Virus record (IMG/VR): IMGVR_UViG_2671180233_000001 | Span: 1-64,000 of that record | From: a virus | Lineage: Duplodnaviria; Caudoviricetes | DNA: 64,000 nt | Direction: 5' to 3' (one strand) | Shown here: in pieces, positions 28,495-37,742 of the stretch | How positions within the stretch are numbered: position 1 is the stretch's first letter | Layout: each line of letters opens with the position of its first letter | Made by a program: the position numbers and the translations under genes | The notes under the pieces: generated by a model | Database searches by the model: none | What the model was told of the DNA's origin: nothing | What the model saw: the letters and a program-made list of their open reading frames with translations, nothing else

Positions 28495-29514
28495 ATGACT
28501 TCTGAAAGCAATAGAACCGGATCTCTTGGAACGAACTATGTGGAGAAAGTCCTACTCAAATGGGGATGGGGATTTCAACCTATTTCACAAGAAAATGATG
28601 ATGGATTTGACGGCATTATATATATCCGATCGAAACATTCGAATCCAAAAGATCCTGAGAATCAAAGTAAGCAATCATGGGCTTTCACAGGTGGGTTAAT
28701 TCATGTACAAGTGAAAAGTGGAAATAGCTATATCAGTAGCCAAAATAGAAACGAGATAAAACTTAAGATAAATAAACTAGCTCAAAAGAAAGAAATATGG
28801 AAAAAATCTCCAATTCCATGTGTTCTAATATTTTTTTTTGAAGATGAAAATGAGAATGAATATTCATATTGGGCTGATCTAAAATCAAATGAATCATATT
28901 TTGAGGGTAGTAGTAGCATTATCAGTATCCCCAAAAAAAATAGATTTTCAAAATCACCAGAATGCAAAGGTCCTTTAAGACGCATAGCAAGGAAACAAGG
29001 GGATTATAGTGATAAACATTTGATTGATATGGTAAAATCAGATACCTTAAATAGTATTTTGCCATCAAGTCTTAAAGGGAATATAAACTCCTCTTTAAAA
29101 AGCAAAGCTATTGAGTTTTACCAAAAATGGAAATTGAATGGTGCAATTAACCCTTACTTTGGTCAAGTAATAATTAACAGGACCGGATGGAGTCATATCA
29201 CTCGCAAAGGCCGCCCTATAGCAAGAATTGAAGCCAGTTTTAATTTGTTACCTATTGCAGCTAGAATTATAAATGATGTATCCACATGGCGTATGCTAAC
29301 GCCCATGAGAAGATATCAAAATAGAAAGGATGGTTATGTTTGTTATACAGATTTTATTGGATTAACAGCAAAGGTTGTTTTAAGAATGAGAAATTCCACC
29401 GAAGTTATGGTTGTATTAAAAAGAGAAACAAGATTCAAAGAAAGCGAAGGTGAAAATGATCCTGAAACCAGACTCTGGTTTTATACAGTTTACGAGCCAG
29501 GACGTGGGAAGTAA
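28495..29514 (+). CDS. DUF4365 (PD-(D/E)XK-like) domain fused to an LPD3/BECR RNase-like domain
   Basis: ENDDGFDGII...HVQVKSG at the N-terminus; GQVIINRTGWSHI...LLP...WFYTVY at the C-terminus. Confidence 0.7.
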   Translation: MTSESNRTGSLGTNYVEKVLLKWGWGFQPISQENDDGFDGIIYIRSKHSNPKDPENQSKQSWAFTGGLIHVQVKSGNSYISSQNRNEIKLKINKLAQKKEIWKKSPIPCVLIFFFEDENENEYSYWADLKSNESYFEGSSSIISIPKKNRFSKSPECKGPLRRIARKQGDYSDKHLIDMVKSDTLNSILPSSLKGNINSSLKSKAIEFYQKWKLNGAINPYFGQVIINRTGWSHITRKGRPIARIEASFNLLPIAARIINDVSTWRMLTPMRRYQNRKDGYVCYTDFIGLTAKVVLRMRNSTEVMVVLKRETRFKESEGENDPETRLWFYTVYEPGRGK

Positions 29515-29515
29515 A

Positions 29516-29617
29516 TTGCGGCGGTACAATCGCGCTCAGACTGCCCCAGACGTGATATATAATCACCGGTACCAGAAAAGGTCTGGCTCCTCTATTGTGC
29601 GTGTACCGCCTTTGCAA
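29516..29617. ncRNA. Candidate ~100-nt structured RNA directly after the stop codon
   Basis: GGCGGTACA/TGTACCGCC closing stem with two internal hairpins; minus-strand TTGACA-16-TATTAT promoter points into it. Confidence 0.55.
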
Positions 29618-29707
29618 ATAATACTATAAAACTCTAAAGTGTCAATGAGTTAATTTGATTATCAAAGGTTTAAGTGGTGGTGAAAATCCACCAACCACAC
29701 CAAATTT

Positions 29708-29737
29708 AAAGTCCGTACTCATATGCGGGCTTTTTTA
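29708..29737 (+). terminator. Intrinsic terminator
   Basis: AAAGTCCGTA-CTCA-TATGCGGGCTTTTTT. Confidence 0.65.
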
Positions 29738-29903
29738 TTATTGGAAAAAGGAATTTAGGCTTTTAAATGGTTGAAAGATATTTCTTGAGTCCAGTTAAAA
29801 ACATCTAATATTTCGTGTTATTTCACTGAAATTTATATAATATAAAGTTCAAATATTTAGATATTTTACAAATTTTCATTTAAAAACGTATAGTGAGATA
29901 GTT

Positions 29904-30368
29904 GTGAAAATAAAATTAGATTGGCAAGAGCCATTGCAATTAGGTTCTTTTACAGATGATGTAAATTACCATGATGAATTGGAGTTAAATGAGATTCCAG
30001 AATCAGCAGGCATATATATTTTTTATCGTCAGCATGGTGAAACTCAACAAGCATTGTATGTTGGTCAGGCACAAAATTTAAGAAGCCGATTAAAACAACA
30101 ATTTAAGTCTTTAGAGTTAATGAAACACATCAAAAATTCTAAAAAAGGTTCAAAACACCTTGTTTTTGCATTATTAAAAACTCGTTCATCAAATTTAGTG
30201 CATGCTTTAAATCAGGCAGAGCGTGGACTTATTACACATTATATGGAAGAAAATAAACATGATTTATTTAATAAACGTGGTCTTTATGAAGAATATGATT
30301 TAGTAGAATCCATAGGAGAAAATGTACAGCCTCTTATAAACATTGAACTATGGGTCTACGCTAAATAA
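29904..30368 (+). CDS. Stand-alone GIY-YIG nuclease family protein
   Basis: GIYIF...YVGQAQNLRSRL...AE...FN. Confidence 0.85.
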   Translation: MKIKLDWQEPLQLGSFTDDVNYHDELELNEIPESAGIYIFYRQHGETQQALYVGQAQNLRSRLKQQFKSLELMKHIKNSKKGSKHLVFALLKTRSSNLVHALNQAERGLITHYMEENKHDLFNKRGLYEEYDLVESIGENVQPLINIELWVYAK

Positions 30369-30420
30369 CTTTTCAGCAGTTTGACATTTCGTTGTGGAAT
30401 ATTCTGTAAATGATCAGACT

Positions 30421-30488
30421 TGGAACTCAACACATTCAATCCAAATCAAAGCCTATAAAGTTAAAACTTCTTTAACGATATAGGCTTT
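30421..30488 (+). promoter_or_regulatory. Late promoter element 2 (TGGAAC-N29-TAAAGT) with RBS hairpin
   Basis: AAAGCCTATA (30448-30457) and TATAGGCTTT (30479-30488). Confidence 0.75.
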
Positions 30489-30492
30489 ATTA

Positions 30493-30969
30493 ATGTCTAA
30501 AAACACTGAAAATCAAATTCCAGATACCAGCTATGCTGTAATTGATATTATTGGAGAACCTTCAAATTTATCTGTACAGCATCTTGTTGCAATTTCAGAT
30601 AATGAACTCACCACAGAACAAGAAGATCAATTAAGAAATGGCCAGTCCATTGATAATGTTTTCAGCTATCCACCTGGTTACTACTACACAATCACACCTG
30701 ATTTAGAAGCACAGGATTTTGATCATGAGCGTTACTTTGAAACTCATCTGCATTTTCAGGATGGATCGGTACCAGTAGAAGGTATTAACGGTTTGACGAA
30801 TGAAGCCTTGCTTGAAGTTTTGATTCACCGGATGAATATTTTGGATGCTAAATTTCCGTGTAAAGAGAATAAAATTGCTTTGAAACATATGCAGTTGGCG
30901 TTATCAGCGTTCAAAGATCGTTCACTCTCACGTAAACTTCGAGGAGTAGAGGGTAAAAATGTCATCTAA
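30493..30969 (+). CDS. tad1: Tad1-like anti-Thoeris/anti-CBASS nucleotide sponge with acidic N-terminal extension
   Basis: HFQDG...GLTNEALLEVLIHR...FPCKEN.IAL.H...AL.....R...R..RGVEG resembles the Tad1 pattern. Confidence 0.75.
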   Translation: MSKNTENQIPDTSYAVIDIIGEPSNLSVQHLVAISDNELTTEQEDQLRNGQSIDNVFSYPPGYYYTITPDLEAQDFDHERYFETHLHFQDGSVPVEGINGLTNEALLEVLIHRMNILDAKFPCKENKIALKHMQLALSAFKDRSLSRKLRGVEGKNVI

Positions 30970-31166
30970 AATAGTGAAAATCTATTGCTATAAGCACCAC
31001 AATGATCAGCAAATTGATCTTTAAACTGTTGAGTTCGTTGAAGTAGAAGATACAGAATATTGTGGTGGAATGATTACTGGGCGTGGTAAATATAATAAAG
31101 TAACCATCGGTTTTCAAAGCGGTAATAGCTTATTAATGATTATAGATAAGATGAAATTGCCTTTGC

Positions 31167-31234
31167 TGGAACTCAGCTCAAATTAACATTCCAATACAAA
31201 GCAAAATAGCCTCAATACATCGTTGGGGCTTTTT
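31167..31234 (+). promoter_or_regulatory. Late promoter element 3 (TGGAAC-N29-CAAAAT) with RBS hairpin
   Basis: AGCCTCAA/TTGGGGCT stem with a U-G pair. Confidence 0.75.
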
Positions 31235-31235
31235 C

Positions 31236-32156
31236 ATGTCTAAAGGACGAAAAACTAAAGTTTTACAATACAACCTACATAATCGGGGGCGTAAGCATAC
31301 AGGTGTGGACAGATCAAACATTGATTTTATGAGCATGATCAATTTGATTAATGCACCAAGCACTCAGGAAATGGTTAAGACAGGGCAATTGATCGGGTTC
31401 TATGGACATCAGATTCGACAACGTTTTGGTATGGTACCGCCTGAGAGCGTACCGATCAGTGGAAAGATGGTGCACCTTGAGCCTGCTTTCAGGACCATTG
31501 AAATCAAAGCTGATAAAGATGGTACTGTAAGTCATCGTGCGGAATTTTTGGAAAATGAATCTGGGGAATTTGCTCGCACGCAGTACCTTGCCAAAGTTGG
31601 CGGTTTTAGTACCGCTGTAAACTATCGCAAAACACCACCAAATAAACTTACACCAAGTGGCTTCTTCGGGTTTGATTATGTAACCCAGCCCAACTATGCC
31701 ACCAATGTTGGTGATGGTCAGTTATTTGATGGCCTATTTGTCCCTGAAGATCCGTCTAATAATCTGATTGCATGTTTTGATAGTGCAACTGATTTATCAG
31801 CACTAGAACCTTCACAGGCTTTAATTGCAAATATGCTTGAGCAGCAAATTATCAGCACTTTTGACAGTATCCATGCCCAAATTACCTTGGGGCAAATGAA
31901 CGAACAGGCACTTGATCAAATTGATGCATTGACTCAGCAAATCAGTTTGCATGAACGTAAAAAGCAATTACAGCAGCAACGTCAACAGGATCTTTACACA
32001 GGTATGGTTGGTGAAATTCGTACATTTGATAGTGCGCTTGCTGAAGCTGAACATTATTTAGAACAACTGGAAGGTAATTTAGTTCAGGACAATACAAAGC
32101 AGCGAGGAACTGGCCTTGTTAAAACTGTCCGTAAATTCTTAACATTCGGGGGATAA
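31236..32156 (+). CDS. Putative head-processing (prohead protease-like) protein
   Basis: GFYGH, GGFS and GFDYV..PNY fit the His/Ser/Asp layout of prohead proteases; inferred. Confidence 0.55.
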   Translation: MSKGRKTKVLQYNLHNRGRKHTGVDRSNIDFMSMINLINAPSTQEMVKTGQLIGFYGHQIRQRFGMVPPESVPISGKMVHLEPAFRTIEIKADKDGTVSHRAEFLENESGEFARTQYLAKVGGFSTAVNYRKTPPNKLTPSGFFGFDYVTQPNYATNVGDGQLFDGLFVPEDPSNNLIACFDSATDLSALEPSQALIANMLEQQIISTFDSIHAQITLGQMNEQALDQIDALTQQISLHERKKQLQQQRQQDLYTGMVGEIRTFDSALAEAEHYLEQLEGNLVQDNTKQRGTGLVKTVRKFLTFGG

Positions 32157-32159
32157 TGT

Positions 32160-32966
32160 ATGGATGCAATGCCACATGATCCCCTCAAAGCGATACAAAA
32201 TGCATGGGTCCTTTTGCTTCTTGATTTTCGAGCATGGACCATGCCAGAGACTTTACAATTAGCTGAATGGAAAAGAAGGGAAGTTGCCAAGGCTATTAGA
32301 TCCTGCCGTGCACAGCTTATGGACGATTCTGAAGGTATGCTGGGTGCGTATCGTAAAAATAAAAATGATGGTAGTGAAACTGGTACATCATCTTTTTTCC
32401 CCGTGATGTTAACCGCTACTGCACCTGTCGATATGCCACCGGACACCAGTCAATTACTAGGTGTTCCATATTTTGTGGAAACTATCATTAATGAAAAGCT
32501 GGTTAAGGTTAGAGTTATACCTCAGGCAATTCGTGCGCAAGTCGCTTTTTATGCAACCAATCCTCATGATGCCCGGTCTGTGTGTTCACAATTATGTGCT
32601 TATTTGTCAGATGATTGGAAACGAAAAATTAATGTTACTTTTAATCTTGGTGGAAATGTATTTGATGAATTTAGATTTATTGTCTTTGAAAATAATTTAA
32701 TGCCTAATCCGGTTCCGAGTGAAGCCACTAATATTTCTATCTTTACAGTTGATGTCACATTGGTTGGCTACGTTCCGCACGTTCTTGGTCTAGGTGCATA
32801 TGATGAGGATACTGTAGGCAATGGCTACGATAAGAATGGTATGCCTAAAACCGGGGAAATTAATGACAGTGTTGTGATACAGGCTGATCAATATGATGAG
32901 TTGCATACTCGCATTACAGCTGATCCGGATACAGGTGTCATTGAAGTTGAAAGAATTAAGGATTAG
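32160..32966 (+). CDS. P1-like virion morphogenesis protein
   Basis: Late-operon position; no specific motif recognised. Confidence 0.5.
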   Translation: MDAMPHDPLKAIQNAWVLLLLDFRAWTMPETLQLAEWKRREVAKAIRSCRAQLMDDSEGMLGAYRKNKNDGSETGTSSFFPVMLTATAPVDMPPDTSQLLGVPYFVETIINEKLVKVRVIPQAIRAQVAFYATNPHDARSVCSQLCAYLSDDWKRKINVTFNLGGNVFDEFRFIVFENNLMPNPVPSEATNISIFTVDVTLVGYVPHVLGLGAYDEDTVGNGYDKNGMPKTGEINDSVVIQADQYDELHTRITADPDTGVIEVERIKD

Positions 32967-32968
32967 AA

Positions 32969-33178
32969 ATGAGTGATGAAATAGATAAGGCAAATGATCT
33001 GGCAGAAATGCTTTTAAAAGAACAAATACTCAATCGTGTAATTTTTAATGGTATTTCACTTTTACAATGTGAGGAATGTGGAGATGAAATACCGGAGCAA
33101 CGTAGAAATTTGGGTGGTGTACGTTTATGTGTTGAATGCCAGTCTTTAATGGAAAGAAAACCAAATAGATTCAGGTAA
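32969..33178 (+). CDS. TraR/DksA C4 zinc-finger protein
   Basis: MSDEID.A, CEECG..IP..RR and CVECQ motifs. Confidence 0.92.
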   Translation: MSDEIDKANDLAEMLLKEQILNRVIFNGISLLQCEECGDEIPEQRRNLGGVRLCVECQSLMERKPNRFR

Positions 33179-33185
33179 GTTTGTT

Positions 33186-33692
33186 ATGACCGATTTTATT
33201 CGTATTGATGCCAGAGTTGTGGGCTTTGCCAATGAGCCAGTCAGGATATTAGGGCTTTGTTTTAAAGATACTGGCGAGTTATTAATAGAAAAGCTGGAAA
33301 AATTTTCAACTCTTCCAGTACTTGAAGAATATCGTCAAACTACCATTGTGGTTACGGATGCACCTGAGTTGGTTAAAAGCTGGCATTTATCATTTAATGC
33401 CAAAGAGGATCTTGAGACTGTAATTTCAGTTTATCAAATGCGTATGCGTTCAAAATTGGTAGAGATTGCAAAAAACTTAAACAGATTTGATCCCGGTAAT
33501 ATTCTGCAAGTTCGTAAAGTGGACAAGAATGGTATCCAACAGGAATTTGACAGCAGTTCGTTGGATAATGGCCATGTTGCAACTTTACTTGCAGTCTGGG
33601 CAAGTAGCCAAGTGGCATTCAACTATAGTGCATTTGAAGCTAAAACAGTGTCAGAAGATGTCGATAACAGTATGCTGCCATTTAGTTGTTAG
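33186..33692 (+). CDS. Hypothetical late protein
   Basis: ORF in the late operon. Confidence 0.6.
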   Translation: MTDFIRIDARVVGFANEPVRILGLCFKDTGELLIEKLEKFSTLPVLEEYRQTTIVVTDAPELVKSWHLSFNAKEDLETVISVYQMRMRSKLVEIAKNLNRFDPGNILQVRKVDKNGIQQEFDSSSLDNGHVATLLAVWASSQVAFNYSAFEAKTVSEDVDNSMLPFSC

Positions 33693-33830
33693 TATCAATG
33701 TGAAATAAAGTGAAACACTGTTTAAAAAATAAACATTTGTAAGTTATTTCTTACATTCATGTAAGCTAGATCTGACATCTATGTAAGCCAAAAGCTTATA
33801 GTCTATTTTTAAAGATTTTCTATAATTAAC

Positions 33831-33972
33831 TCATGCATTTGAAATTGACTTGGTCAAGATTAAAGAGAATGGAAAACATAATTTCAACTACCATCTCAAT
33901 AATAAATTTCAATGCATGAACTATTGGAACCTTCTCCATTTCCGGGGGGAATAGGAGAAGGTTCCTTTTTTT
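33831..33972 (+). ncRNA. Candidate small RNA/attenuator leader ending in a strong terminator
   Basis: TATAAT at 33821; stem 33831-33846 with 33905-33919; 12-bp terminator stem 33926-33965 plus T7. Confidence 0.5.
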
Positions 33973-33986
33973 ATCGGGAGGAAATT

Positions 33987-34316
33987 ATGTTAAATTTAAA
34001 AGACCTTATCTTTTTTTTATTATCAACAATATGTTTTTTTATTCTTCTTGTATTATTTGATTATTTTGAGTTAGTTCAAAGTTTAAATTTATTTCTAACA
34101 TCATTTATTTATAATTTGGTCAATATTTTATATGTGATTCAATTGAAAAAATCAAAATATTACTTTGTTTTAACAATTCCTTTTTTAATCTTAATTTTTA
34201 TATTGGGAAATATAAATGAAATATTCCTGATTTATACAGGAATATTTTTTTCATATATGTCAATTTTCTTATTAAAAAATGCTGATTTTTTAATAAGATT
34301 TAAAAAATTGGAGTAA
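33987..34316 (+). CDS. Small 4-TM membrane protein (moron)
   Basis: GGGAGG SD; strongly hydrophobic and AT-rich. Confidence 0.6.
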   Translation: MLNLKDLIFFLLSTICFFILLVLFDYFELVQSLNLFLTSFIYNLVNILYVIQLKKSKYYFVLTIPFLILIFILGNINEIFLIYTGIFFSYMSIFLLKNADFLIRFKKLE

Positions 34317-34770
34317 TACCACGGTTAAAAATGCCTTTTTTAAGACGCGAGCTTGATTCCTTTTGATTGACACATATTAAGTTTTCTAAAAATAATGGTA
34401 AAATTTTCAAATCTAATACCTGTGGATCAAATTTTTCGCTACCATTCTTTTTGAAGAACATATCGATATCTGAATTTTTGTCTACATATTTCATAGACCA
34501 CTTTTTAAAACTAAACTTTTCAATATGTGTTGTTTCCAAATGTTTTAAAGAGTGATGCCTAGGATCTTTTTTTATGCTTTCAAATAAGGATTCTATGTCA
34601 CTTTTATTACCTTCAAGACATTGAAAAAAGGAATTATCAGCATAATAAAGAACGCCATAAATTTTGTTTTCCGAGTTAAATTTACGGGCTACAGTAAGAA
34701 TATCGATGATATCTTCAATTAAGTTCTCATCTTCATTTCTTCTACTAGAATAGCAAAGTCTAGCTTTCAT
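34300..34770 (-). CDS. blsA: BLUF-domain blue-light photoreceptor, BlsA-like
   Basis: RLCYSS, AR.FN, GVLYY...FFQCLEG, DPRH and F..WSM; the flavin-coupled Tyr, Gln, Trp and Met are present; 156 aa from ATG 34770. Confidence 0.9.
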   Translation of the reverse strand: MKARLCYSSRRNEDENLIEDIIDILTVARKFNSENKIYGVLYYADNSFFQCLEGNKSDIESLFESIKKDPRHHSLKHLETTHIEKFSFKKWSMKYVDKNSDIDMFFKKNGSEKFDPQVLDLKILPLFLENLICVNQKESSSRLKKGIFNRGITPIF

Positions 34771-34846
34771 TGATTTCACATTAAATTTTCCAGGGGGGAT
34801 AATTAATGTAGCACAAACATTAATTTTATTTATATATTTTGATGTT

Positions 34847-34909
34847 TGGAACATCTTAAAATTTAATCTAATTCAAATGATTACCCTATAAATCAAAGTT
34901 TATAGGGTA
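34847..34909 (+). promoter_or_regulatory. Late promoter element 4 (TGGAAC-N29-TACCCT) with RBS hairpin
   Basis: Perfect 11-bp stem TACCCTATAAA/TTTATAGGGTA. Confidence 0.8.
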
Positions 34910-34914
34910 TTTTT

Positions 34915-36453
34915 TTGGCTTTAAAACCACTTAAAGACATTCCTGAATGGTGGGAACTGTGCGAACGCTACAGATATGATATTTACGCCTTTGCTGTTGA
35001 AGCATTAGGCGTTGAACCTACATGGCAGCAAGAATTACTATTTAAATCAATTGCATTCGATGGATCCAGAACCAGTGTTGCGTCAGGTCACGGTACTGGT
35101 AAAACAGCTTCATCCGGTATAGTCGCTCTTTGGCATCTTTTATTTTTTGATGAAAGTATCATGTTGTTTACTGCACCACAGATCGGGCAGTTAAAAAAAC
35201 AAGTATGGAAAGAAATCAGTATCAATCTGGACCGTCTTAGACAAGGACCACTGGGTTGGCTTGCTGAGTATGTTGGTTATCAATCCGAATTAGTCTATAT
35301 AAAAGGCTATAAAGAAAAATGGTATGTTTTTGCCAAAACTGCCCCTAAACATCAACCAACTAATATTGCCGGTATGCACGGCGACAATTACATGGTTTGG
35401 ATTGATGAAGCCTGTGGCGTTGATGATGCCGTCATGGACGTGGTACTCGGTGCATTAACGCACGAGGACAATCGTGCAGTAATGACATCACAACCGGCTA
35501 AAAGTTCAGGTATGTTCTATGATACACACCATAAACTTAGCCATAGGGTTGGCGGTGACTGGATTTCATTGGTATTCAATGGTGAAGAGTCGCCACTGGT
35601 CAGTAAAAAATCTATCCGTGAACAATTACTCAAATATGGTTCCCGCGAAGATCCTCAATATCAAATTCGTGTACTGGGTAGATTCCCTGATCGACTTGAT
35701 GAATTTCTGGTTTCTATGCGCCAGGCAGAAGAATGTTATGTCGGTACCAGTATTTTCGATGATCATAAGTTCGGGTACGTTATAACTGTTGATGTGGGTG
35801 GTGGTGTAGGACGAGATGACAGTGTTATTGCCGTGTCCAAGGTTTTGGGGGAAGCACAGTGGGGAGATCGTGCGCGACGTGTTGAAGTCGTCGATATTCC
35901 ATTATGTAAAAACAAAGATAATATTGATGAATTGTTTGGGGTGATTAACGAATGTATCAACTATTATCCTAATGCATTACTTGTTGTTGATGACAATGGA
36001 GCTGGTAAGGGCCTAGGGCAAAAGCTTAAGAATAACGGCATTTTCTATATTCCGGTATATTGGGGCGGTGCATGTTTCAATAATGAAAATAGAAAGCAAT
36101 ATGTCAATAAACGTGCACAGGCTTATGTCTGTCTTGGCCGCGCTATATCTCAGGGTCGCTTCAAACTCAAAACCAAAAAGCATTCGGTCAAGTTTAAAGA
36201 ACAGATTATTCATATCCCATATGCTTTTGATGATCAAAGCCGATACAAAATCAAATCTAAAGAGGAAATGCGTAGAGAGGGTATTAAATCACCCGATTTG
36301 GGTGATGCATTCGCTTTCTTGTTCTTAGAAAATGTTCATTACACAGAAGCATATGACACAATTGACCAGATCGATGATACCCCTGAGGGGCAGGAACAGG
36401 CAGATAAAGCCAGTCGGTTTGCCAAATTAAGGGAGGCTGCCAAAGAAATGTGA
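34915..36453 (+). CDS. Terminase large subunit (PacB-like)
   Basis: SGHGTGKT Walker A, IDEA Walker B, VDVGGG...DDS and SPD.GDA nuclease motifs. Confidence 0.93.
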   Translation: MALKPLKDIPEWWELCERYRYDIYAFAVEALGVEPTWQQELLFKSIAFDGSRTSVASGHGTGKTASSGIVALWHLLFFDESIMLFTAPQIGQLKKQVWKEISINLDRLRQGPLGWLAEYVGYQSELVYIKGYKEKWYVFAKTAPKHQPTNIAGMHGDNYMVWIDEACGVDDAVMDVVLGALTHEDNRAVMTSQPAKSSGMFYDTHHKLSHRVGGDWISLVFNGEESPLVSKKSIREQLLKYGSREDPQYQIRVLGRFPDRLDEFLVSMRQAEECYVGTSIFDDHKFGYVITVDVGGGVGRDDSVIAVSKVLGEAQWGDRARRVEVVDIPLCKNKDNIDELFGVINECINYYPNALLVVDDNGAGKGLGQKLKNNGIFYIPVYWGGACFNNENRKQYVNKRAQAYVCLGRAISQGRFKLKTKKHSVKFKEQIIHIPYAFDDQSRYKIKSKEEMRREGIKSPDLGDAFAFLFLENVHYTEAYDTIDQIDDTPEGQEQADKASRFAKLREAAKEM

Positions 36454-36462
36454 TTTCTTCGT

Positions 36463-36527
36463 TGGAACCAACCACAAAATAACCATAGCATTATTATTAC
36501 CATGATATTTATTTTAAATATCTTGGT
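36463..36527 (+). promoter_or_regulatory. Late promoter element 5 (TGGAAC-N29-TACCAT) with RBS hairpin
   Basis: ACCATGATATTTA/TAAATATCTTGGT stem. Confidence 0.78.
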
Positions 36528-36537
36528 TTTGTATTAA

Positions 36538-37740
36538 ATGGCGACTCAATTTTATCTGACCAACGTGGGTAAACAAGCAGCGATTGATGCTGAAAATCTG
36601 AAAGTTACAATTGAACTTGCTTATATTGCTGTGGGTAGTGGTCGTTATGATGCTTCTCAAGCAGCAGAAAATCTACAATCTCTCACTAATCAATTGGCTA
36701 GATATAATTTAAGTGGTGGAAGTACACAGGGTGGAACACTAAATTTAATTGCCTCAATTGATTCTACAATTTCAGCAGATATCTATGAGATTGGTTTGCT
36801 TACAGAAGATGGAATTTTATTTGCAGTAGCGTCTACAACAGATATTGATCCATTATTTACACTTGTTAATGAGATTACAACCGTAGTCACGATCGGAATG
36901 TCACTTGCTGATGTAAATTCTGATTCGATTTCAATAGTAATTGATTCGGATGGTCAGATTGCTACGCAACTTATGAATGAACATCTTGCAGCGGATGATC
37001 CGCATCCACAATATTTTTTACGAGAAGAAAATAACCAAGTCAATGGTAACAATACTTTCAATGGCGAAAATACATTTAACAATAAAAACAGTTTTTCCAA
37101 AGAGACAAATACAACCGAGTTGAAGGTTTCCGAGAAATTGGAAGTAACTGGAGAATCAGAGCTCTCAGGAAAAACGACTATTTCAGGTGATGCCACTTTC
37201 ACTAAAAATGTAGTTGCAGAAAAGAATCTTACTGCTGAAACTTTTATTGCTACAGAATCTATAAGCATCGGTGCAGCCAATGGGGGAAGCGGTACTAAAG
37301 CCATTAATTTTAAACCCCATGGTAATGATACTGTTGCTGCAAGCATCTCAGCTGATACACAAGGAAATTTAAAACTTAATGCAACTGGTGAAGTGCAAAT
37401 AGGTCAAAGTTTAAAATCCAAAAATGGGTATACGGCCTTACCAAATGGATTTATTTTACAATGGGGTTTTGTGTCATTTAGTGAAAATGGATGGGTACGA
37501 GTACCTGGATCTTCGGATAGTAATGAACGGTATTATGAGGTTACATTTCCGTTAGCATTTCCTGAAAATATTATTAATGTTATTACTGGCTTAAATCTAA
37601 AAACACTCAATCAACAAAATGACCTAGGTTCACAAACCTACAATCCTAAATTAACAGGTGTTACTGTACTGACACAAAATATGTCTGCATCTGTAACAAG
37701 AGAATTTGATGGTATTTACTGGCAAGCAATAGGATATTAA
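36538..37740 (+). CDS. Tail fibre protein
   Basis: Tail-collar N-terminus (LT..G, EIGL...DG.LFAV), HLAADDPHPQY, and C-terminal NGY..LPNGFILQWG...YWQAIGY. Confidence 0.88.
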   Translation: MATQFYLTNVGKQAAIDAENLKVTIELAYIAVGSGRYDASQAAENLQSLTNQLARYNLSGGSTQGGTLNLIASIDSTISADIYEIGLLTEDGILFAVASTTDIDPLFTLVNEITTVVTIGMSLADVNSDSISIVIDSDGQIATQLMNEHLAADDPHPQYFLREENNQVNGNNTFNGENTFNNKNSFSKETNTTELKVSEKLEVTGESELSGKTTISGDATFTKNVVAEKNLTAETFIATESISIGAANGGSGTKAINFKPHGNDTVAASISADTQGNLKLNATGEVQIGQSLKSKNGYTALPNGFILQWGFVSFSENGWVRVPGSSDSNERYYEVTFPLAFPENIINVITGLNLKTLNQQNDLGSQTYNPKLTGVTVLTQNMSASVTREFDGIYWQAIGY

Positions 37741-37742
37741 TT

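Noticed and set aside
29516-29617. tRNA gene
   Set aside because: No TTCGA T-loop, D-loop GG or CCA end in a cloverleaf arrangement on either strand
30959-31190. Gene between Tad1 and the protease candidate
   Set aside because: ATG 30959 stops after 21 codons and the following open frame lacks a clear start; at most a decayed remnant
33925-33965. TGGAAC at 33925 as a late promoter
   Set aside because: It is part of a terminator stem, and the 29-nt position reads GGTTCC
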